Assembly: GCA_051439685.1 (NCBI GenBank)
Contig: JBFRWR010000793.1
Span: 1-43,969, forward strand
Direction: 5' to 3'
Length of the DNA: 43,969 nt
Source: Trichodesmium sp.
GTDB lineage: Bacteria > Cyanobacteriota > Cyanobacteriia > Cyanobacteriales > Microcoleaceae
The notes below the pieces were generated by a model. It was not told the DNA's origin and searched no databases. It worked only from the letters and a program-made list of their open reading frames with translations. The translations under genes were made by a program, and so were the position numbers. This document shows positions 20,946 to 30,990 of the stretch, one piece after another (position 1 is the first letter of the stretch; each line of letters opens with the position of its first letter).

Positions 20946-22058
20946 TTTGTCAGAAGGAATTAATCTCCAAAAAATGAAATATCAAAGAAAAAGATCATCA
21001 ACTAATTTTAATCAGTCCTATACGTTGGCTCGACTATTAGCCAGGGTAAACCCATCTAAATTCTGGAAACTGTTAAGCTTTAGAGGAGTGATAAGTATAG
21101 ATACTCATAAGTCTGACATCCTTGCTCTGTTAGAACTTCAAAATAAGATGGGTTTACCCTAGACTATTAGCTGACTGCTGAGTGCTAATAGCTTTTTGCG
21201 CAGCATTCAGCAGGAAATACTTACCACATAATGATGATCAAATTGGTTGATTGATTAACTTTTAATCTAGGGTTATTCTTATTCAACTGTTATTTATTAT
21301 TTGCAAATTCATTTTAATTGTAGACAACCTATAATTTAATTAACTACTCAACAAACAAATATCTGACTTGATGCTCAATCTAGTTTTATAGTCCATACAG
21401 TCTTTATTCAAACTATTTATTTCAATCTAATTTTACTGCAAAAATTGATAAAAATCTTCCGTAATTGTACATATTTTTAATAACAACTTGCTCTGCATTT
21501 GCGGTTATTACTGAGATAAAAAATTCTAAATCTTAATGAAATTTTATATAAATTTTACAGAAGTAAGCATTCCACAAAAAATGCTTACCAACTAAAAATA
21601 ATATTTACAGAATTTCCCCTTCTTATATCAAGTATCATCCATTAATGCTCTACTTGATAAATACTTCAGTTATCAATTAATTAGTAAATACCAAATCATT
21701 TTTTGGCTAATTTGACTTGATTTAATATTAATTATTGTTATGTTGATTTCTCCCACACTCCACTACTCCTGAGATTGGAAGTCTGGGGAGATGGGGAAAT
21801 GGGGGCATTTTTCAATTTCTTCCCCTATTTTATTTCTCAATATCCTGACTCCTGACTCTTGACTCTTTTGATAAAAATCCTCACCTTTGTGGAGATACCA
21901 AATAGACATCTCCAAAAATAAAAAATCAAATCAATTATTGAGCATAAACTGTCAATTATTTCCTCTACTCCCTACTCCCTCTTTTCTGGAGATAGCAAAT
22001 GGCTTCTATATATGAAAATATTAGTATAGGCAACTTTTTAGGGATTAGCATAATACTA

Positions 22059-22805
22059 AGTAGGTAAGCATAAATAAACGTTAAAAATAAAAATTAGAAA
22101 ATGAAGCTGGAAAAGACTTTTAAAAGGTTTTCAATGTGGCTACATTTTCCTCACTATTTTCAGGATAATTAGGGTTTTTGTATGGAAAGTCTTTTGATTG
22201 AGGTAATAATTAGCTCTTCTTAAAACGGATAGGATTGACTCAAAGGATTTTTTTTGATTTTATCCCCTTAAAAGGGGATGAAAAAATATTTAACTAAGTA
22301 TTTCAAGTATCTGACTTGAGTCGGAGGCTAACTGATAAGATAGCTCGGACTTAGGACGCTTTTTCCTACGGAATTCTCCGCACATTTTTGCGTAGCAAAC
22401 TGATAGCGTAGCTCCTCCGCAGGAGGCTAACTGAAATTACCCCACTCATGCTTACTTTTTCAACTTTATTCACCAAAAACTAGGTAATTTTTCCATACCT
22501 ACAAAGGAACTTACTTTTATCTGTAAATGCTTTGATATTTAATAAACAAACCCTAATTAGAGACTGTTTGTAAAACAAGTATTAAGAGAGTTGAGAATGA
22601 CTAAAATCTAAAAGAAGTAATACTTCAAAAGCTGAAAATATGGTAAATACCAGAGGTTGAAAGGTACATATATTCCCTGGATTTTTAAGTGACAAATAGT
22701 TGTCTTGATTTCTTCTTTCTTATTACCTGTTCCCAGTTAAGTGTTCCCTTTTTATATTTCCTTTTGATATTGCCTGATACATTTAATCTCTTAAACTCAC
22801 CTACT
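22059..22805. mobile_element. Nested MITE stack: F (AGTAGGT..ACCTACT) contains D (22172-22553) and H (22560-22790)
   Basis: The outer termini match the simple F copy at 39969-40097. D is flanked by TAATTA and H by TTA. Confidence 0.7.
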
Positions 22806-22824
22806 TAATATGAACAAAGAATGT

Positions 22825-23635
22825 TATAGCAGTTCTCATAATGGTGAGTTACAAAGTTTTAGGGTAATAGCAATTTTATGTAAAGCTGCATAGAATTATG
22901 AATTAATTAGAGTTTGCTGAAAAAGTCTTTAGGGTGAGTATAGAATTCAGGAGTCAGGAGTCAGGATAAATGCGAGTTATAGAGGAGTTAGTAGAAAGAA
23001 TCGTCCCTTAAATTTTCTACCCTAGTTAGCCTTTAATCGTAACTTTTTAAACCTTTTTGACTTAAAATCTTACACTTTTTCCAGACCGTGCAAAGGTTAA
23101 AACCTTTATCTGTAAATGCTTTTAGATTTAATCAGCAAACCCTAATTAATTCACCTATCTTGATGTACAGTAAACTCGGATTAAAATTTTCTTCTATCCA
23201 ACTTAATATTAATTTGGTATAAGCATTCAGCTATTAGAGGTCAGCAGTCAGTAAGGCGTAATTTTTAATAAATGAAGCAAACGCTCTTTTAACTTACTAC
23301 TATATTTTCAACCCATAAATTGAAATAGACAAACAACGAGTTTAAGTTCTCAACCCATGCAATTGTATGACAGTAAATATAGATATAGTCATTTAACTTT
23401 AGATTGAGAGAAAGCTTTCTTTCTATGAGGAATTTTTAGGTGAAAAAACGTCTCATTTTTAAGTTAAATAACTATATATTGCAAAAGCTAGTAGCGTTTT
23501 ACGCAGGAAAGCTCCTCTGTAAAGAGGCTAGCTGACGGCTGAATGCTTACGTTTTAGGTTTGAGGGAACAGGGAAAAGGGAATAAATAAAAATACAAAAT
23601 ATCAATGTACCTCTATGAGCTTGAGCAACCCTATA
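22825..23635. mobile_element. Four-level MITE nest: B > A (22864-23550) > G (about 22867-23219) > D (22910-23142)
   Basis: A's TSD GTTTTAGG is at 22856-22863 and 23551-23558. G splits A's left TIR at its TA. D is flanked by TAATTA. Confidence 0.72.
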
Positions 23636-23702
23636 TGTCTTTTTTAAAGACTGAAAAATAACATTTATGAGGTAGAGAAAAGGAAGTAGTGAGTAGGGAT
23701 AA

Positions 23703-23927
23703 GAGACTGTTTGTCAAATAATTATTAAGAGAGCATACAAGTGACTAACATCTAAAAGCGGTAATACTTCAAGGGATTGAAATTTGCTAGATAGAGAAGT
23801 ATTCAGTAGATATATTCCTAGATTTTTCAGCGACAAATATTTGCCATTGTATTTCTTCGGACCTATTCCCTATTACCTATTACTTATTCCCTATCTCCTT
23901 TTTATATTTCCTGATACATTCAATCTC
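23703..23927. mobile_element. MITE family H (TIR GAGAYTG, 3-bp TWA TSD; IS5-like signature)
   Basis: TAA|GAGACTG...CAATCTC|TAA. Homologous copies at 22560-22790 and, inverted, at 37354-37578, both flanked by TTA. Confidence 0.8.
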
Positions 23928-24169
23928 TAAATTTTGAGAATTTATGAGTGAGATAGAAGAGATAATTTTTATCACATATAACTCATATAACTCATAAAAC
24001 TTGATTAATCAGGGTAATTATAGAAATCAGCAATCAGATGTGATGATTTGAGATTTTTCAGGAAAATCTAGAATATATTTGTATATCAAAAATCAACTAT
24101 ATTGATTTTGCTTCCAGCTTGAATACCTCTTGTTTTCCCATCTAAAATATTAAATTAATTTTGCTCTAG

Positions 24170-25450
24170 TCATTCTAAATTATTCCATTCATCTGCTGCA
24201 TTATTTATCGCCTGCTCCACCGTTTGATCTCCCAACATAGCTGCTTGTAAATTTTGATAAATAATCTGTTTCAACTTATCCAAATTTTTAATAGGTGGGA
24301 GTAAAACCTCCGCTTCAATAATTTGACTAGCACGAATAAATTTAGCCCGTTCTTCAGTCGAAGTATCAGAATTAATATCTTGAACAGAAATATTCTCTAA
24401 AGTCTTCGTTTGAGAAGGCAAAACATTAGTCTTCTGAACAAATGCCATTTGATTTTGATGATTAGTAATAAACAAAGAAAATTTCAAAGCTATATCTGGT
24501 AACTTACTATTACTAGAAATAGCTAAATTCATTAAAACTAAACTTTTTTTACCAGTCTTACCTGTAATTTGAGATGCAGGAAGTGAAACTTTACCAATTT
24601 CTGGTGCATTTTCAGAAATAGCCTCAATTAACTCAGGTCCCGAAAACAACATTGCTGTTTTCCCTGTTTGATAAAAGTCAATACCAGTTTCAAATCCTTG
24701 TATTAATACTTCCTTCGGTAAGAAATCTTCTCGATATAAATCAACCCAATAATCAAAAACTTTTTGACCAGCTTCAGTATTAAAAGCAGCCTTACCATCA
24801 ACATCTACTAACTTTACCCCCATTTTCACAAAAGAATCTAATACTTCATACCCCCCTTGTGGCAAAAAAGAAACAAAAAACGCATATTTGCCCGTTTTAT
24901 CCTTAACTTGTTTAGCTACCTCAGCCAACTCTGAGTAATTTCTGGGAGGTTCCTCAATTCCTCCCTCTTGAAAAAGCTGAGAATTATAAAAAATTATACT
25001 TGTTCTAGCGTACCAGGGAATACCAAAACTTTTACCATTAATTTCACCAGCTTGCCAAAGATTAGGCAAATACTGATTTCTGATCGAATCTGATAAGATA
25101 GTATCCAAATTCAACCAAGCATTAGGTTCAGTCAATAAATATGTAAAACTTGAGTTAAGATTAACAATATCTGGAAGATTTTTTGCCAAAATAGCACTCT
25201 GAATTTTACTTTCCATCAAAGACCAAGGTACATCAACCCATCGTACAGATAAACCTGGATTATCAGCTTCAAAATCACTAATTAACTGATTAAAATAATT
25301 AGTAAATTGGGGTTGAAGCTGTATAGTCCAGAACTCTATTTCTTTCGTTTCTAAATTAAGATAAGGAGTGCTACAACCAACAAAAAAGGTTAAGAGTATT
25401 CCGAGAAAAGTTAAGACAAAAAAACGTTTCCATTTAACGATAATAAACAT
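24170..25450 (-). CDS. Sugar ABC transporter substrate-binding lipoprotein (SBP family 1)
   Basis: Lipobox-like FFVGC; 'IEFWTIQLQPQF', 'WVDVPW', 'PDIVNLN', 'GIPWY', 'FYN..LF'. Confidence 0.88.
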   Translation of the reverse strand: MFIIVKWKRFFVLTFLGILLTFFVGCSTPYLNLETKEIEFWTIQLQPQFTNYFNQLISDFEADNPGLSVRWVDVPWSLMESKIQSAILAKNLPDIVNLNSSFTYLLTEPNAWLNLDTILSDSIRNQYLPNLWQAGEINGKSFGIPWYARTSIIFYNSQLFQEGGIEEPPRNYSELAEVAKQVKDKTGKYAFFVSFLPQGGYEVLDSFVKMGVKLVDVDGKAAFNTEAGQKVFDYWVDLYREDFLPKEVLIQGFETGIDFYQTGKTAMLFSGPELIEAISENAPEIGKVSLPASQITGKTGKKSLVLMNLAISSNSKLPDIALKFSLFITNHQNQMAFVQKTNVLPSQTKTLENISVQDINSDTSTEERAKFIRASQIIEAEVLLPPIKNLDKLKQIIYQNLQAAMLGDQTVEQAINNAADEWNNLE

Positions 25451-26975
25451 CTGTAAAAATAATCAAAATATCTAAAGTAGTCATGGAAAATAAATTTCCT
25501 ACTTGAGAGAGAGAAAAGAGTATAGGGAGAAATACAGCAGTTTCCGAATTTATGAGGTACATGATATTTATGGTTTTAGGGAATAGGGAATAAGCAATAA
25601 GCAATAGGCACAAAATATTCATTCCGTTATTCTTTTTATCCTACAGAAAATAGAAATTGCTGACTGTACCTCGTAAGAACAGAAAGGACTGTAATTGATA
25701 ATTTATAGAGAAGGTGGGAACTGTATAGCAATCACGAATAATTTATCAGATATTTAGGAACAATTAAGTTCAATAATTGATAATTGATAATTACCTCTCC
25801 CTAAAAGGAAGATGATTGAAGAAAAGGAAAATAAATTCATTGTTTCTCTGGAAATAGAAGGCTTTAAACCTTAATTATTTGGTAAGCATTTCCTGCGGAA
25901 TGCTGCGCAAACAGCTATTAGTAGTCACCTAGCCTCCTACAGAGAAAATGGTTTATCAGTAATAAATAAAAATGAGCCTAAATATCGAAAGTTAGTTGAT
26001 ATTTTTGCTTTTCCCAGACTTTTAATTATTGCTCAATCTCAATCCTAATTCCTCCGCAAAATGGAACAAACCAGGAACCATGAAAGTTGAGAGCTGACGG
26101 CTGAATGCTCACTAATTAAGAGCAATCAAAATCAGTTTATATTCTAAATCCTGAATTATGACTCCTAATTACCACTAAAATTTTACAACTAAAATATGAT
26201 TGCTATATAATAAAATGTGTAATTAATTTCGCATAAGCACTTAAAATATTTTTCTATAGAAAATCTCAAAAAAAATATAATGTTTCTCAAGCTCGTGAGG
26301 TAAATTTGTCTGTTGTTTGTTGTCTTTTTATTGATTCCCTATTCCCTGTTTCCTACAACCTAAAACTTTCTACCTCACCAGTATGGAAACTACTATATAG
26401 AATTTTCATTTTCAGTTGAAATACGCAAATGTAGTTCTATCAACAAGGGAATAGGAAATAGGGAATAGTCAAGAATGTAAAACAGTATTTAATACTCGCT
26501 TTGCACCAAGATTAGTCGCAACTAAAGACAATATTGTTTATCAGAAAAAAAGTCAATCTAGATTTACATCTGATATAGAATCCGGTTATATAATATATGT
26601 TCATAACTAGACTTTAATATTGAATATTCCCAAACTACCCAAACTCCCCAAATTCTCCACACCTCTAACTATATAGTAAGTATTCAACCGGATTTGATAT
26701 GATTTAAAAATCCTATATAGCAATCCTCAATAGGTTAGAGGTTGTGGCAAATTAAAACGTATAGTCATTCTGAATAAGACGGGGAAAAGTGTTTCTTTCC
26801 GGGAAAGGGTTTCAGCCAAAAAAGTGTTTCATCCTTATTTCAAATGACTATAAATCAAAAAGTTGAAACTCCCAGCTATTCCCTGTTCCCTCTTCCCTAA
26901 AAAACAGTAAATTTTTGCCACGAATATATTAGAGGATTGCTATATATTGAATTAAAAATAAAACCAGGAGAAATT

Positions 26976-28073
26976 ATGGTTAATTACTTAAAAAACCTGT
27001 TCAAAAAAAAGCAACCAGGTATAGGAATAGAACTAGGACCAGAAAGAATTAATATTGCCGAAATCCGCCAACAAGGAGATAAACTAAAATTATTAAACCT
27101 AGCCACAGCAGAAGTACCAGAAGATGTATTTTTAGAAGGTCAAATAATTGACCCTCCCACAATGTCAGAATTATTAGAATCAATTATAGCCGACAACAAC
27201 ATCAAAACTAGAAGAGTAGCAACAGCAATTCCAGGACGAGAAGCAGTTACCCGTGTAATTCCTGTACCAGCAGAATTAAACGACCAAGAATTACAAGATT
27301 ACATGAATCAAGAAGCAGGATTATACTTACCATTTCCCAGAGAAGAAGCAGACGTAGACTATCAGAAATTAGGAACAATAATAGACCCAAACGATGACCT
27401 AGAAAAAGTACAAGTAGCCTTAGTCGCAACAAGAAAAGAAGTAACAGATACCTACATAGAAGTATTCACACAAGCAGGATTAGCCATAGACGTTTTAGAA
27501 GTAAGTAACTTTGCCCTCATCCGTACAGTCAAAGATATACTTCAACAATATGGCCCTCAAGAAGCAACAGTAATAGCAGACCTAGAATTTGACAGCACCG
27601 AACTAGCTATAGTAGTAGACGGAATACCCCAATTTAACCGGACAATTCCTATTGGCACCTATCAGATGCAATCTTCCTTAAACGAAGCAATGAACCTACC
27701 CCCAACTAGAGAGACTGCCGAGTTACTAGGGATGACAGTTCCAGCATTAGATACAATGGGAGTGACAGGAAACGAATCAAATCCCGGAACCAATGCTTTA
27801 CTCAAAGTATTAGCAGAATTAGGAGACGAACTACGACGCTCAATCGACTTTTATCTCAATCAATTTGAAGATTTGGAGGTGGCACAACTATTATTAACAG
27901 GGTCTGGTTCAGCAATAGGACAAATAGATGACTTTTTCATGCAACGTTTAAGTTTACCAGCATCTAAAGTAGACCCAATAGAAACTTTAGCCCTAGAAAT
28001 AGAACAAGAAATTCCACCAGAACAACGTTCCGGTTTAGGAGTGGTATTAGGATTAGGATTAAGAGAGGTATAA
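26976..28073 (+). CDS. pilM: Type IV pilus assembly protein PilM
   Basis: FtsA/actin-like: GIGIEL, 'EAGLYLPFPREEA.VDYQ', 'DELRRSIDFY' and 'GLGLREV'. ATG at 26976 with an AGGAG RBS. Confidence 0.95.
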   Translation: MVNYLKNLFKKKQPGIGIELGPERINIAEIRQQGDKLKLLNLATAEVPEDVFLEGQIIDPPTMSELLESIIADNNIKTRRVATAIPGREAVTRVIPVPAELNDQELQDYMNQEAGLYLPFPREEADVDYQKLGTIIDPNDDLEKVQVALVATRKEVTDTYIEVFTQAGLAIDVLEVSNFALIRTVKDILQQYGPQEATVIADLEFDSTELAIVVDGIPQFNRTIPIGTYQMQSSLNEAMNLPPTRETAELLGMTVPALDTMGVTGNESNPGTNALLKVLAELGDELRRSIDFYLNQFEDLEVAQLLLTGSGSAIGQIDDFFMQRLSLPASKVDPIETLALEIEQEIPPEQRSGLGVVLGLGLREV

Positions 28074-28079
28074 ATTAAT

Positions 28080-28907
28080 ATGTATGGTTTAGATATAAAT
28101 TTTCTGAACGACCGCCCAGAATATAAAAATAAAAAAGATATTCCCAAACCTGCCAGTAGTGGACCTTCACTAGAAGACCCCAGACCAATTCTGATTGGGG
28201 CAGCAGTAGCAGTAGCAGTTAATGGTCTAGTTGCAGGTGGGTGGTTTTACTTAGGTCAAGTTAACACTAAACTCCAAGGTGACTTAGAAAAATTAAATAC
28301 CAAATTGAGTAAACTAGATGCTCAAGTTAAAGATATTGAGGCAATCAAAGAAAAAACCAAGGCATTTGAAGCAGAAGCAAAAGCTTTAGCCACAGTTTTT
28401 GACCAAATCAAACCATGGTCAGCTCTACTAGGAGAATTTGGAGCAATAGTACCTAACGGAGTAATAATCAATAGCATAGAACAAAAAGAACCAAAAGTTG
28501 CCGCTCCACCCCCCCCTAAAAAAGGTGCAAAAGAAGCAACAGCACCACCCCCAAAAGAAACAGCAACTATATTATTTTCGGGAACTGCTAATACTTTTGG
28601 TCAAATCAATGACTTGATATTACTGCTAGAAAACTCCCCATTTTTTAACGGAGAAAAAACCAAACTAATTACTGCTGCCAAAAAACCTAATCCTACCAGA
28701 TTAGAATTACAAGAATCGAGTGTAAATATAGCACCTGAAATCCCAGAATTACCCCAAATAGTTGAATATAAAATAGAAACAAATCTTAGTCCTCAAGGTG
28801 CATCAGAATTCTTACCTCAATTAAAAAGCAGAGGAGCAATTGGATTAGTAGATAGAATAGAAACATTAACAGAAAAAGGAGTCTTAAAAAATGGTAGTAG
28901 CAAATGA
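28080..28907 (+). CDS. pilN: Type IV pilus assembly protein PilN
   Basis: N-terminal 'LDINFL' (INLL-like PilM-binding motif), TM helix, coiled coil and 'KPWSALL'. Directly follows pilM. Confidence 0.92.
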   Translation: MYGLDINFLNDRPEYKNKKDIPKPASSGPSLEDPRPILIGAAVAVAVNGLVAGGWFYLGQVNTKLQGDLEKLNTKLSKLDAQVKDIEAIKEKTKAFEAEAKALATVFDQIKPWSALLGEFGAIVPNGVIINSIEQKEPKVAAPPPPKKGAKEATAPPPKETATILFSGTANTFGQINDLILLLENSPFFNGEKTKLITAAKKPNPTRLELQESSVNIAPEIPELPQIVEYKIETNLSPQGASEFLPQLKSRGAIGLVDRIETLTEKGVLKNGSSK

Positions 28908-29676
28908 GTGGAATCCAGAATTAGAAGAACAAGAAGAAGAAGGAGGAGGTCCGAAAATATTGGGTATATCCCTCAAAGACCCAAGGTTAATCGGAGGAGT
29001 TATTGGTGTAGTAGGAATTGGTATAGCAGGTTTTTTAGGATATAATCAGCTCAAACCAGCTATTGAAAAAAGTGCCGAATTAAGAGCAGAAATAGAAACA
29101 GCAACAGTCAAAATCAAAGAACAGGAAAAACAAATAAAAGAACGACCAAAAGCTGAAGCAGAAATAGCAACAGCAGAACAAAAAAGAAAAGACGTAACCA
29201 GCTTATTTGCCACTGAAAAAACAATGAAAACTTTGCTGTTCGACATGAATAAATTAATCGATCAAATTAACTCAGGAATTACAGATGAAGAGCAGCAGGG
29301 AAAAATGACAAAATTTGAGCCAGTAGAGTCAAAAGATGGTAATTATATAGTTCAGGATAGCTCATTAGGACCACTCGTAAATGGCAAATTAAAACGACGA
29401 GAATTTAAAGTAGAATTTGAAGGCAGTTATTCTCAAACAAGAGCATTTATGATTGCTCTAGAGAGGATGCAAACATTATTAGTAGTTAAAAACTTACGAA
29501 CCAGACTTGACCAAGGAAATCAAGTAATAGAAGTCGAATGGAAACAAAATAGATTTGTACCAGTTAGTCAACCAGAAAATCGACTAACAACATCCTTTGA
29601 TATGCACGCTCTATTGGCCTTAAGTGAACAAGAATCATTGGCCAAACCAGAAGCTGCTGCACCAGGAAAAAAATAA
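28891..29676 (+). CDS. pilO: Type IV pilus assembly protein PilO
   Basis: TM helix and coiled coil; 'TLLFDMN' and 'VEFEGSY.QT..FM..LER.Q.LL'. Overlaps the end of pilN. Confidence 0.85.
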   Translation: MVVANEWNPELEEQEEEGGGPKILGISLKDPRLIGGVIGVVGIGIAGFLGYNQLKPAIEKSAELRAEIETATVKIKEQEKQIKERPKAEAEIATAEQKRKDVTSLFATEKTMKTLLFDMNKLIDQINSGITDEEQQGKMTKFEPVESKDGNYIVQDSSLGPLVNGKLKRREFKVEFEGSYSQTRAFMIALERMQTLLVVKNLRTRLDQGNQVIEVEWKQNRFVPVSQPENRLTTSFDMHALLALSEQESLAKPEAAAPGKK

Positions 29677-30177
29677 AAATTAAATAAAAAATAAAAAGAT
29701 TTCACAAATAAATGGTAAAATAGCAATTGCTTTTATCTAAAATTATCTAAATTACCGAAAAATCAAGGTATAAAGCCTCTCAATTCATGGAGAAAAAGCC
29801 GTGGTTTTTCTGGCGCATAACTCCTTTCATGGCTGTAGCCGACATATTTGCCGAGTATTCCGTCAGGAAAAAACGCAGTTTCCCCTTTAGGGTGGGATAC
29901 CATTTGCCAAACCATTTCGGAGGGAAAGCTTTCCCGATCTTGCAGAGCCGGGTAGCTTTTAATGTTGCGGAGCAAAACGCCATATCCCATCGACTAAGAG
30001 GAGGAAAAAACTTCCTGTTAGCCAATCCTCTTCTGATCAAGAAGAGGAGCGCGTGGCATTTTTATTAAAAGCGTGGTAGAACATCCTTCTATCACTTTGG
30101 GAGATACCCCCTCAGTAATTTAATTACTGTGCATTGTTAGCTTTTGTTAGCAAAATCGTATCGGTAACAATTAATTA

Positions 30178-30820
30178 GGGTTTGCTGAAAAAGTCTTGTT
30201 TAACGAGTAGGGGAGTAGGAGGACACCAAGACGGGAGATAGGGTATCACCGCGTCCGGTTTGTCTGGGTTTTTTCTCTATCTCTATAGAGCAATTAGATT
30301 GAATTAATTACTCAATTATCCAATCACCGCGTCCCCATTTCAAATCTTAAAAACTTACCCTTTTAAGGCTATGCTTTATCCACATCTTTCTTAACATTTC
30401 TCAAGGAGCAGGAAGCTGGGAAAGGGCAGTATCAGGAAGGAATCATAGATGCTGGTCAAAGTCAATCTATCTGCTGTTATTGAATCTCGAAATCATTAAC
30501 CAATAAGGCTTTCCAGATTGTAAATAATTATGTGGGTAATGGATAGTTAAGGTAGGGGAACAGGGGAGTAGGGGAGTAATTGTGTTGCCCAACTCTTGCC
30601 CAAAATCCTAACCTTTTGAGCATCAAGCAGCTCAAAACTAGGTACTTTTTCCAGATAGAAAATTGCTCAAACCTTTATTTGTAAAAAAATTGAGCATTCC
30701 TGAAATGTAATGATAAGTAACTGAAGCTAAAATTGAAAAACTTATGTTTTACCTTCATACTTAATCTAAAAATCATTACTATTCAGCAACCCCATAATTT
30801 GAGGATTAATCAGCAAACCC
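30178..30820. mobile_element. Expanded (643-bp) family D MITE between pilO and pilQ
   Basis: TAATTA|GGGTTTGCTGAAAAAGTC...TCAGCAAACCC|TAATTA. It is much longer than the ~235-bp copies and appears to carry internal insertions. Confidence 0.78.
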
Positions 30821-30990
30821 TAATTATGAATGATTAACTATTAATAATTAATTATTCAAAGAGTTAGTGGTTGGAAGGGTAGGGACACTAGAACAAAGAA
30901 AAACCAAAAAGCTAAAAAATGCAAAGCTGTAGATAAAGCCCTATACTCTAGCCAAACACCAACATTTTCCTAATCAAAGCCAAGTGTGGA

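Noticed and set aside
29765-30115. Group II intron, c-di-GMP riboswitch, or proteins (ORFs 29763-29990, 29780-30040, 29787-30068)
   Set aside because: I could not recognise a GUGCG start, a domain V motif or a complete GEMM consensus. The three overlapping ORFs have no protein motifs and include repeat-derived sequence.
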